In this document: one piece after another, positions 4,913-12,374 of the stretch
Numbering within the stretch: the first letter of the stretch is position 1
Layout: every line of letters starts with the position of its first letter
DNA from: Candidatus Fraserbacteria bacterium
GTDB lineage: Bacteria; Bipolaricaulota; Bipolaricaulia; RBG-16-55-9
Assembly (NCBI GenBank): GCA_037442925.1
Contig: JBBIPG010000065.1
Location: 1-12,374 of the forward strand
Length of the DNA stretch: 12,374 bases
Direction of reading: 5' to 3'
Position numbers and translations under genes: made by a program
Notes under the pieces: generated by a model
Told to the model about the DNA's origin: nothing
The model's database searches: none
What the model saw: only the letters and a program-made list of their open reading frames with translations

Positions 4913-6343
4913 ATGACTATGCGACTGCAAAAAATCTATCACGAGATCGACCGCCGCAAGAGCAGTCACTTGAAAGATCTCAAGAAGCTCCTGCAGCAGC
5001 CGAGCGTCAGCCCACAGAACATCGGCGTTGAAAAATCTGCGAAACTTGTTGCCCAGTACTTCGAGCGTCTAGGCTGTCAGAAAGTGGAAATCGTGCCAAC
5101 AGAAGGTAACCCCGTTGTTTATGGGAAGTATGATGTGGGCGCAGAGAAAACCTTGATCGCCTACTTGATGTACGATACTCAGCCCTACGATGAGCCTGGC
5201 TGGACTCACGATCCCATGGGCGCAGATCTTGTCCCCATGAAGCTGCCATCGGGTCAGGTGACTGCGCTCGTCAACCGCGGCGCAGACAACAGCAAGGGTC
5301 CCCTGATGGCATTTCTCCATGCTGTCGAGGCAATACGCCATGTGGAAGGCAAACTGCCCTTCAATCTCTTGCTCGTTGCTGAGGGAGAGGAAGAGCTGGG
5401 CAGCCCACATCTGCCGGAGTTTGTCAGAAAACACAAGAAGGAACTCTCCAAGGCTGATGCGTGTTTCTTCCCGTTCTTCACCCAAGACCAGTACGGAAAA
5501 CCCGTCTTGTTCCTTGGTAACAAGGGGATTATCTACTTCGAGTTGGAATGCTCTGGTGAGTCTTGGGGTCGCGGACCGGAGGAGTTCGATATCCATTCAT
5601 CGAACAAAGCCTGGATGGACAGCCCTGTCTGGCGGCTTATCCACGCTCTTTCTACCATGACAGATGAGTCGGGAAATCACGTCACCATTGCGGGGTTCTA
5701 CGATGAGGTCTCTGAACCAGCATCAGCAGAAGAAGCCCTTCTGAAAAGACTCGTTCAGACGTTCGATCCTCGTTCCATCAAAGAGGTGAATCGGATCTCG
5801 CGCTTCAGTGCGGATGAGAAGGACAAAGAGGAGTTGCTTCGTGCATATCTCTATGGCACCACCCTCAACATCGATGGGATTTGGGGTGGCTACATTGGGC
5901 CTGGCTCAAAGACGGTTCTGCCGCATAAAGTGACAGCCAAACTGGATATCCGCCTGGTTCCTCATCAGCAGCCAGAAGAGATGCTCAAGCTGGTGCGCAA
6001 GCATCTGGATAAGCGCGGCTATGGCGATATAAAGATTCGCGCGATGGATTCATACAGTTGGGCGCAGACGGACCCCACTGCTCCCGTCGTGCAGGCCGTG
6101 ATTCGGGCCTATCGAGACTTCGGCCACGAGCCGGAAATCTGGCCTCGAATTGGCGGTAGTGCGCCGTTCTATCTCTTCAGTGAGGTTCTTAAGATCCCGT
6201 TCACGATGGGCGTCTTAGGTCACGGGGCCCGGGCTCACAGCCCTGATGAGTACATCGTCTGGGAGGGCAACAAGAAAGTGGCAGGCTACGACGGGGCAGT
6301 CAAGTCGATAGTCGCCTTTCTTGACCACTATACGAACACCTAA
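4913..6343 (+). CDS. M20/M25/M40 family metallohydrolase (dipeptidase-like subgroup, atypical metal ligands)
   Basis: QPSVS, GNPVVYG, YDTQP, RGAxxxKG, EGEEELGS, LGNKGI, DIHS, KTVLP, DIRLVP, GGSAP and AHSPDEY; strong SD. Confidence 0.92.
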   Translation: MTMRLQKIYHEIDRRKSSHLKDLKKLLQQPSVSPQNIGVEKSAKLVAQYFERLGCQKVEIVPTEGNPVVYGKYDVGAEKTLIAYLMYDTQPYDEPGWTHDPMGADLVPMKLPSGQVTALVNRGADNSKGPLMAFLHAVEAIRHVEGKLPFNLLLVAEGEEELGSPHLPEFVRKHKKELSKADACFFPFFTQDQYGKPVLFLGNKGIIYFELECSGESWGRGPEEFDIHSSNKAWMDSPVWRLIHALSTMTDESGNHVTIAGFYDEVSEPASAEEALLKRLVQTFDPRSIKEVNRISRFSADEKDKEELLRAYLYGTTLNIDGIWGGYIGPGSKTVLPHKVTAKLDIRLVPHQQPEEMLKLVRKHLDKRGYGDIKIRAMDSYSWAQTDPTAPVVQAVIRAYRDFGHEPEIWPRIGGSAPFYLFSEVLKIPFTMGVLGHGARAHSPDEYIVWEGNKKVAGYDGAVKSIVAFLDHYTNT

Positions 6344-8805
6344 GACTGACTTGCTCGTACCGGTTCCGAGGCCACACGGCGAAAGACGAACTTTTCATCT
6401 GCCACGTCAACTAGGACGCGGTCGCCCTCACTCAGTTCCCCATCGATCAGACGGTTTGCCAGCTCGTTCTCCAGCTCCTCGCGAATGACTCGCGTAAGAG
6501 GTCGAGCACCATACATTGGGTCATAACCCAGCTCTGCTAGCAAGTCTTTCGCCTTGTCAGAGACTTGCAGCTCGATCCCCTGTTCTTCGAGTTTCTTGCT
6601 AAGCTCCGCCAGTTTGAGTTCCACGATCTCGCGGAGGTTCTCGGGCGAGAGCGGCTGGAAGACGATGATCCCATCCAGACGATTGACGAACTCGGGCCGG
6701 AAGAACCTCCGAACTTCAGAGAGCACCTGAGCTTTCATCTCTATGTAGGGTTTCTCCTCTTTGGGAGTCCGGCGGGAATCTGCTTTCGTATCACCGTCGA
6801 ACCCAATCTTGTGGGTGCTCATGAGTTGTTCGCTGCCCAAGTTGCTCGTCATGATGATCAAGGTGTTCTTAAAGTCAACCGTGCGCCCTTGGCCATCGGT
6901 GAGCCGTCCCTCATCTAGGACTTGCAGCAGCGAGTTGAACACATCTCGATGGGCCTTCTCGATCTCGTCAAACAAGATGACGCGATAGGGCTTGCGGCGC
7001 ACGGCTTCCGTGAGTTGCCCACCTTCTTCATAACCAACGTAGCCGGGAGGAGCTCCGATCAGGCGCGCCACGGAGTGCTTTTCCATGTACTCGCTCATAT
7101 CAATCCGGAGCAAGGCATTTTCGTCATTGAACAAGAACCAGGCGAGCGCTTTGCTCAGTTCCGTCTTGCCCACGCCCGTAGGTCCCAGGAACAAGAAGCT
7201 GCCGATGGGGCGCTTGGGATCTTTGAGGCCAGCGCGCGAGCGGCGCACGGCCTGTGAGACGGACCGCACCGCCTCCTCTTGATCGATGATCTTTCTGTGT
7301 AGTTCCTCTTCCATGCGAGAGAGCTTCTGCCGCTCCTCCACAAACATTCGTTCCGCGGGAATGCCGGTCCAGAGCGAGACGACCTCGGCTATGTCTTCGG
7401 CGGTCACTTCCGTGCGCTTGAGCTTGGCCTCGCGATCACGCTGGAGCTTCTCTCGCTCCGCCCGCAGCCTTTCCAGTCTTTCTTCCATACGTGCCTTGTC
7501 ACGCTTCCCATAGGCAGGGCGCGAAAGCTCTTCTTCGACGGTTTTGATGCGAGACTCCAACTCTTCCAACTGCGGTGCGAACGTCTTGTCAATACGAATC
7601 TTGGATGCCGCTTCGTCAATGAGGTCTACCGCCTTGTCGGGCAGAAAACGATCCGTGATGTAGCGTTGTGATAGTTCGGCCGCGGCCTTGAGAGCTTCGT
7701 CGGTGATCTTGAGCTGATGATGCTCCTCGAACTTGGGTCGTAGTCCTTTGAGGATCTCCACGGTCTCCTCCAAGGAGGGTTCTTCAATGAGAACTTTCTG
7801 GAAGCGGCGCTCCAAGGCGGGATCCGTCTCGATGTATTCTCTATACTCGTCCAGCGTAGTTGCCCCGATTACTTGAAATGTTCCGCGCGCGAGCGAGGGC
7901 TTCAAGATATTTGAGGCGTCGATGGCTCCTTCCGCGCCGCCGGCTCCGACGATGTTGTGCAACTCGTCAATGAAGACGATGATCTTGCCCTTGGCCGCTT
8001 CGATCTCGTTCATGGCGGCTTTCAATCTCTCCTCAAACTCTCCTCGGAACTTTGATCCGGCGACCATGGCCGCCAGATCCAGCTGGATGATCTCCTTCTC
8101 TTTGAGGGTTTGGGGCACATCGCCCGCGACAATTCGTTGCGCGAGACCCTCGACGATCGCCGTCTTGCCCACGCCGGGTTCCCCGATCAAGACGGGATTA
8201 TTCTTCTTGCGCCGCGAAAGGATCTGCGCCACGCGCCGGACCTCGCGGCTGCGGCCAATGACGGGATCGAGCCTTCCAGAACGGGCCATCTCCGTGAGGT
8301 TTACGCTGTAGCGTTCCAGGATCTGATAGCGGCTTTCCGCGGTGCGATCGATCACGCGCTGCGCTCCGCGGACTTTCTGCAGTGCGGAATAGACCGCCTC
8401 CGGGGTGAGCCCGTATTTGGTAAGCACACGCCGGAGCTGCGCGTCGGTATCTCGGCTAATGGCAATGAGAAGGTGCTCGATCCCCACGAACTCATCTTTG
8501 AGGCGCTCGGCTTCCATTTCGGCAGACTTCACCAAGCCGTCCAGACGTGGCGTGAGGTAGATCTGCTGCCCGACTGGAGTAGAGACCTGAGGCTTCTTGT
8601 ACAGCAAGATCTCAAGGTCTTTCAGGAGGCCGGGCAGTGGAATGCCGATTTCCTGCAATAATTCGCGCCCGACACCCTCCTTCTCAGCCAGCACGTAGAA
8701 GAGATGCTCCACATCGAGCTGGTTGTGCTTGAATCTTTCCAAAAGCTCTGCGGCATCACGGAAGAGCTCCTGGGCTTTTTCTGTCAGCTTATCGAAGCGA
8801 ATCAT
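6340..8805 (-). CDS. ATP-dependent Clp/Hsp100 ATPase (class I, two AAA+ modules; ClpC/ClpB-like)
   Basis: Clp N repeats (EHL twice), Walker A GEPGVGKT and GPTGVGKT, Walker B FIDELH and LFDEIEKAH, pore loops KFRGEFE and GYVGY, GARPL sensor, IGF loop. Start set at ATG 8805 ([13 protein letters not shown]) after GAGG, because ATG 8832 lies inside the CIRCE. Stop overlaps the convergent M20 stop (CTAA, 6340-6343). Confidence 0.95.
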   Translation of the reverse strand: MIRFDKLTEKAQELFRDAAELLERFKHNQLDVEHLFYVLAEKEGVGRELLQEIGIPLPGLLKDLEILLYKKPQVSTPVGQQIYLTPRLDGLVKSAEMEAERLKDEFVGIEHLLIAISRDTDAQLRRVLTKYGLTPEAVYSALQKVRGAQRVIDRTAESRYQILERYSVNLTEMARSGRLDPVIGRSREVRRVAQILSRRKKNNPVLIGEPGVGKTAIVEGLAQRIVAGDVPQTLKEKEIIQLDLAAMVAGSKFRGEFEERLKAAMNEIEAAKGKIIVFIDELHNIVGAGGAEGAIDASNILKPSLARGTFQVIGATTLDEYREYIETDPALERRFQKVLIEEPSLEETVEILKGLRPKFEEHHQLKITDEALKAAAELSQRYITDRFLPDKAVDLIDEAASKIRIDKTFAPQLEELESRIKTVEEELSRPAYGKRDKARMEERLERLRAEREKLQRDREAKLKRTEVTAEDIAEVVSLWTGIPAERMFVEERQKLSRMEEELHRKIIDQEEAVRSVSQAVRRSRAGLKDPKRPIGSFLFLGPTGVGKTELSKALAWFLFNDENALLRIDMSEYMEKHSVARLIGAPPGYVGYEEGGQLTEAVRRKPYRVILFDEIEKAHRDVFNSLLQVLDEGRLTDGQGRTVDFKNTLIIMTSNLGSEQLMSTHKIGFDGDTKADSRRTPKEEKPYIEMKAQVLSEVRRFFRPEFVNRLDGIIVFQPLSPENLREIVELKLAELSKKLEEQGIELQVSDKAKDLLAELGYDPMYGARPLTRVIREELENELANRLIDGELSEGDRVLVDVADEKFVFRRVASEPVRASQS

Positions 8806-8819
8806 TGAGGATCCCTCGA

Positions 8820-8846
8820 TTAGCAGTCTCATGGTCTGTCTGCTAA
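8820..8846. promoter_or_regulatory. CIRCE element (HrcA operator)
   Basis: TTAGCAGTC-N9-GTCTGCTAA versus consensus TTAGCACTC-N9-GAGTGCTAA, with an exact 9-bp spacer. Located between the promoter and start codon of the Clp ATPase. Confidence 0.88.
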
Positions 8847-8852
8847 TGAGCG

Positions 8853-8881
8853 ATTCTACCGCCAGCAGGGCTGGATGTCAA
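8853..8881 (-). promoter_or_regulatory. sigma70 promoter of the Clp ATPase
   Basis: TTGACA (8881-8876), 17 bp, TAGAAT (8858-8853). Predicted TSS ~8846, at the CIRCE edge. The -35 overlaps the upstream gene's TGA. Confidence 0.85.
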
Positions 8882-9354
8882 GGGCCAAATGCGAAGCGGG
8901 CTCCGACACTCAACTGGAAGACGAGGATGGGCGCGCTTGCGCTCATGAGGAGGGCCCCGCTGCCCTCAAAGAAGAAAGTCAACGGTAGCCCTGTTGCTCG
9001 GTGTTCCATACCCGCAAGTACCACAAGACCGGGCACCAGCTCACCCACAGCCCAGAGAAAGAGTGCTCCGCCCCCGACGAAGGGACTCAAGGGGAGATCG
9101 CCCAAGACCAGGGGTGCCGGGTACAGCTTGGCAGCGAGCATGCCCTCGAAGTCGACGAGAGGCGCGCTGAACCCAGGTATGACGGCCGAGAGCTCCAATC
9201 TCAATTGCTCCAGTAAGCTCATGGAGGCGAATCCCGCAAGTGGTACCTTGACTCCCACCTCGAGAGAGGACAACGGAGTGGCTGCAGCGGGCACCGCCGT
9301 GATCCACACGAGGATAGCCATAGCAAGTAACGCGAGAGGCTTTCGATGGGTCAT
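8878..9354 (-). CDS. Hypothetical secreted protein, possible small outer-membrane beta-barrel
   Basis: Signal peptide MTHRKPLALLAMAILVWITAVPAAA. Amphipathic strand-like segments LSPFVGGGA, LVVLAGMEH, LTFFFEGS and terminal FQLSVGARFAF(GP). Fills the gap between yebC and the clp gene on the same strand. Confidence 0.65.
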   Translation of the reverse strand: MTHRKPLALLAMAILVWITAVPAAATPLSSLEVGVKVPLAGFASMSLLEQLRLELSAVIPGFSAPLVDFEGMLAAKLYPAPLVLGDLPLSPFVGGGALFLWAVGELVPGLVVLAGMEHRATGLPLTFFFEGSGALLMSASAPILVFQLSVGARFAFGP

Positions 9355-9404
9355 ATAAGGTGAATACCCCCTTCAGTGAGCGCGTGTGCGCAAGTTCTTA
9401 CAAA

Positions 9405-10145
9405 TCAGCCGACCTGGGCGAGGAGCTCCTCTGGCACGTCAAAGTTCGCGAAGACCTCCTGCACGTCTTCTTGGTCGTCGAGTTTTTCGATGAATTTTAT
9501 GATCTTTTCTGCCTCACGGCCGGCGAGTGGCACGGTCGTCTTGGGTACCAGAGTCGCCTCTGCCCGCTCGATGGTCACACCCTGCTGCTTGAGGCCTTCC
9601 TTGACGATGCCCAGGCGATCCGGTGGACAATAGATCTGGATCTCTTCCTCGCGTTCCTCCACGTCCTCCGCGCCCAGATCGATCGCCGTCATGAGCAGTT
9701 CCTCGCGATCTTGGTTGGGAGAGAGCTTGACAGTTAGAGCTCCCCGTCGCTCGAAGAGCCAAGCCACAGATCCCTGTAGGCTGCCGTCGTACTCCTCAAA
9801 GATTCGGCGAATGGCGGCAACCGCTCGATTCTTATTGTCGGTGACCACGCGGACCATGACAGCCACTCCAAAGGGTCCGTAGCCTTCGTAGACCGTCTCC
9901 TCGTATTGCATGCCGGGAAGTTCCCCGGTCGCGCGCTGGATCGCCCGCTCGATGTTGTCCTTGGGCATATTGGCACCGCGGGCACGCTCGATGATATCGG
10001 CCAGGGTGGGATTCTTGGCGGGATCGGCGCCGCTGCGCGCGGCAATCGTGATCTCTTTGGAGAGCTTCGAGAAGAGCTTGCCGCGGACGGCATCTTGTCT
10101 CTCCTTGCGATATTTGATATTAGCCCATTTGGAATGGCCTGCCAT
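9405..10145 (-). CDS. yebC: YebC/PmpR (TACO1) family protein
   Basis: MAGHSKWANIKYRK, NMPKDNIERAI, YEGYGPFGVA, TDNKNR, WLFERRG and DDQEDVQEVFAN. Start at ATG 10145 after SD GGAGGAG; 246 aa. Confidence 0.97.
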   Translation of the reverse strand: MAGHSKWANIKYRKERQDAVRGKLFSKLSKEITIAARSGADPAKNPTLADIIERARGANMPKDNIERAIQRATGELPGMQYEETVYEGYGPFGVAVMVRVVTDNKNRAVAAIRRIFEEYDGSLQGSVAWLFERRGALTVKLSPNQDREELLMTAIDLGAEDVEEREEEIQIYCPPDRLGIVKEGLKQQGVTIERAEATLVPKTTVPLAGREAEKIIKFIEKLDDQEDVQEVFANFDVPEELLAQVG

Positions 10146-10146
10146 C

Positions 10147-10194
10147 TTGGATCTCCTCCGGGAAGAGTTTAGAATATCCCGTCTAGCCATGCAA
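10147..10194. promoter_or_regulatory. Overlapping divergent sigma70 promoters for mgtE (+) and yebC (-)
   Basis: Plus: TTGGAT (10147-10152), 17 bp, TAGAAT (10170-10175). Minus: TTGCAT (10194-10189), 17 bp, TAAACT (10171-10166). Confidence 0.55.
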
Positions 10195-10209
10195 GTTTGG
10201 GGGGAATTC

Positions 10210-11511
10210 ATGGCTCATCCCGAACAGCGCCAAGAGTTCACAGAAGCGGAGATCGTTCGCCTGGCCGAGGAACTGGAAGAGCAACCCCAGGCGGAGGCCC
10301 TTAAGACCTTAAAAGAGCTTCCCCTCGAGGTGGCCGGGCAGGTCCTCGAGCACATGGACGAGGAGACTTCTTCAAAGCTCATTGCGCATCTGAGGAAGTC
10401 AGAGGCAGCAGACATCCTCAAAGAGATGGCTCCTGACGCAGCCGTCGATATCATTGAGGAACTTTCCGAGGCAGAGCGAGTTGAACTTCTGCATCGCATG
10501 GAGCCTCCCGAAGCGGAAGTGCTCGAAGAGCTGATCGCTTATCCGCCGGACACAGCGGGCGGCTTGATGTCTCCGGATGTCGTGGCCCTTCTTAAGGATC
10601 TCACTGTGGAGCAAGCGATTGCCACTCTGCGTAGAACGGCCCATGAAGCCGAGACGATCTACTACGCCTATGTGGTTGACCGGGACCGTCGCCTCCTGGG
10701 AGTTCTATCCATGCGGGATCTCATCATACGAGACGCTCATACACCCATTGAAGACGTCATGCACCGCGACGTGGTGACCGTGATCGCCGACACCGATTCA
10801 GAAGAAGTGGCGCGCCTCTTCGATCGCTACAACTTTCTGGCGCTGCCGGTGATAGACCGTGAGAAGCGTCTGCTGGGCATCGTGACGGTCGATGATGTCA
10901 TTGACGTCATTCGCGAAGAAGCCACAGAGGACATGCACCGCCTGGTGGGTCTGCCGGAGGAAGAGAGCGTACTCAGCCCACTGGGCGCGGCTCTTAGGCG
11001 CCGCATCCCATGGCTGCTGGTCAATCTCAGCACGGCGTTTCTCACCGCGCTGGTGGTGGCCCCGTTTGCGGACACCATCAGCGCCGTTGCTATTCTAGCA
11101 GCCTTCATGCCAGTAATCGCTGGCCATGGGGGGAACACCGGCACGCAAGTGACGACGCTGGTGGTGCGCGGCCTAGCCTTAGGCGAGGTCTCTCTGGGCG
11201 ATCTGTGGAGGATCGTGCGCAAGGAACTGGCCTTCGGGCTCGTGCATGGGGCGCTGGCGGGGGCCTTCACCGCTACGCTCGCTCTCCTGCTCACGCAGAA
11301 CCCTTGGCTGGCGCTGGTGGTCCTTGTGGCCATGGTGGGCAACGTGCTGATTGCAGGCATCATGGGCAGCCTGATACCCTTGGTGTTACGGCGGCTGGGG
11401 CAGGACCCCGCGTTGGCCAGTGCCATCTGGCTGACGACGTTTACAGACATCTGCGGTTTCTTGCTGCTGTTGGGTCTCGGGACTCTGCTGCTCAGCCGTA
11501 TGATCCCATGA
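10210..11511 (+). CDS. mgtE: Magnesium transporter MgtE
   Basis: Acidic N domain ([10 protein letters not shown]), [10 protein letters not shown], tandem CBS domains ([34 protein letters not shown]), TM region GGNTGTQ, DPALAS and TTFTD with the Mg-binding Asp. Start ATG 10210 after GGGGGG; 433 aa. Confidence 0.96.
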   Translation: MAHPEQRQEFTEAEIVRLAEELEEQPQAEALKTLKELPLEVAGQVLEHMDEETSSKLIAHLRKSEAADILKEMAPDAAVDIIEELSEAERVELLHRMEPPEAEVLEELIAYPPDTAGGLMSPDVVALLKDLTVEQAIATLRRTAHEAETIYYAYVVDRDRRLLGVLSMRDLIIRDAHTPIEDVMHRDVVTVIADTDSEEVARLFDRYNFLALPVIDREKRLLGIVTVDDVIDVIREEATEDMHRLVGLPEEESVLSPLGAALRRRIPWLLVNLSTAFLTALVVAPFADTISAVAILAAFMPVIAGHGGNTGTQVTTLVVRGLALGEVSLGDLWRIVRKELAFGLVHGALAGAFTATLALLLTQNPWLALVVLVAMVGNVLIAGIMGSLIPLVLRRLGQDPALASAIWLTTFTDICGFLLLLGLGTLLLSRMIP

Positions 11512-11528
11512 GAAACAAAGGGGGAAAC

Positions 11529-12104
11529 ATGCTCAAGAACGACCGGTGGATTCGCGAGATGTCCTTGAAGCACAAGATGGTCGAGCCCTTCGTCGAGAAG
11601 CAGGTTGGCACGGGGGTCATCTCCTACGGGCTCTCCAGTTATGGCTACGACATCCGGGTAGCCGATGAGTTCAAGATCTTCAGCAGCGTCAACACGCGCT
11701 TGATTGCGGAAGGCAAACCGATTGTTGTCGACCCGAAGAACTTCGATCCCGGCTCGTTCGTGGATCACAAGGGAGAGTTTTGCATCATCCCGCCCAACTC
11801 CTTCGCCCTGGGTAGATCCGTCGAGTATCTCCGCATCCCGCGCAGTATAACCTGTATTTGCGTGGGGAAATCGACCTATGCGCGCTGTGGGATAGTCTGC
11901 CATGTAACGCCTTTAGAAGCGGAGTGGGAGGGACACGTAACAATTGAGATCTCGAACACAACTCCCTTGCCCGCGAAGATCTATGCCAATGAGGGCATCT
12001 GCCAAGTTCTCTTCTTAGAGAGCGATGAAGTGTGCGAGATTTCCTATGCAGATCGCCGGGGCAAATACATGAGCCAGACGGGAATAACTTTGCCGAAGGC
12101 GTAG
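11529..12104 (+). CDS. dcd: dCTP deaminase
   Basis: [64 protein letters not shown] and GKY. Start ATG 11529 after AAGGGGG; 191 aa. Confidence 0.97.
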   Translation: MLKNDRWIREMSLKHKMVEPFVEKQVGTGVISYGLSSYGYDIRVADEFKIFSSVNTRLIAEGKPIVVDPKNFDPGSFVDHKGEFCIIPPNSFALGRSVEYLRIPRSITCICVGKSTYARCGIVCHVTPLEAEWEGHVTIEISNTTPLPAKIYANEGICQVLFLESDEVCEISYADRRGKYMSQTGITLPKA

Positions 12105-12110
12105 TAGCTT

Positions 12111-12139
12111 TTGGCTTACTACGATGCATTGAGTATAAT
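12111..12139 (+). promoter_or_regulatory. sigma70 promoter for yajC
   Basis: TTGGCT (12111-12116), 17 bp, TATAAT (12134-12139). A purine-rich SD region GAGGGAGA precedes GTG 12177. Confidence 0.7.
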
Positions 12140-12176
12140 ACATCACTTGCTTCCGTGAGGGAGAGGGAGAATCGCT

Positions 12177-12374
12177 GTGACAGACATCTTTACGACACTG
12201 ATCTTTTTGGTGCTGATGGTGGCGGTCTTCTATTTCCTCTTGATCCGTCCAGAGCGCCGCAGGCGCCAACAGCACCAAGAGCTCGTCGAGAGCCTCAAGC
12301 GGGGGGATAAAGTGATCACGATGGGCGGCATCTGTGGCGTGATCAAGAAGGTAGACAAAGACAGAGTCTGGTTG
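12177..12374 (+). CDS. yajC: Preprotein translocase subunit YajC (partial, runs off window; not in the ORF track)
   Basis: Manual translation from GTG 12177: MTDIFTTLIFLVLMVAVFYFLLIRPERRRRQQHQELVESLKRGDKVITMGGICGVIKKVDKDRVWL. Shows the YF-LIRP and LKxGDxVxTxGGI motifs. Confidence 0.95.
   Translation, partial: MTDIFTTLIFLVLMVAVFYFLLIRPERRRRQQHQELVESLKRGDKVITMGGICGVIKKVDKDRVWL

Noticed and set aside
8723..9358. 211-aa plus-strand ORF
   Set aside because: Ser/Pro/Ala-rich shadow of the 158-aa minus-strand gene that runs across the clp promoter and CIRCE.
9910..10211. Long N-terminal extensions of MgtE (from 9910) and YebC (from 10211)
   Set aside because: The two genes would overlap head-to-head. 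SD sites and conserved N-termini give 10210 and 10145.
11010..11528. Apparent 364-aa Dcd fusion
   Set aside because: The extension is an alternative frame inside mgtE. Dcd homology and the SD begin at 11529.
10827..11903. 358-aa minus-strand ORF
   Set aside because: Antisense shadow of mgtE and dcd, as expected at this GC content, with no domain signature.

Overview
Bacterial chromosomal window of moderately high GC. Consensus sigma70 promoters, Shine-Dalgarno sites, a CIRCE operator and yajC support a bacterial origin; the lineage cannot be established from sequence alone. From left to right: the 3' end of an unknown gene with a duplicated 24-bp tail; a rearranged IS5/ISH1-type transposase remnant; thiL (-); back-to-back sigma70 promoters; a c-di-GMP-I (GEMM-I) riboswitch whose aptamer contains the Shine-Dalgarno site and both candidate start codons of a secreted PKD-domain surface protein (+); a URO-D-like protein (-); a HEPN-MNT pair, probably leaderless (-); an M20 metallohydrolase with non-canonical metal ligands (+); a Clp/Hsp100 ATPase with a ClpB-like N-terminus, short middle domain and IGF loop, behind a CIRCE operator (-); a small secreted beta-barrel-like protein (-); yebC (-); mgtE, dcd and partial yajC (+). 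Most notable are the riboswitch architecture and the apparent archaeal character of the first ~3 kb, which is wired to bacterial regulation. Family resemblances are from recall, not database searches.
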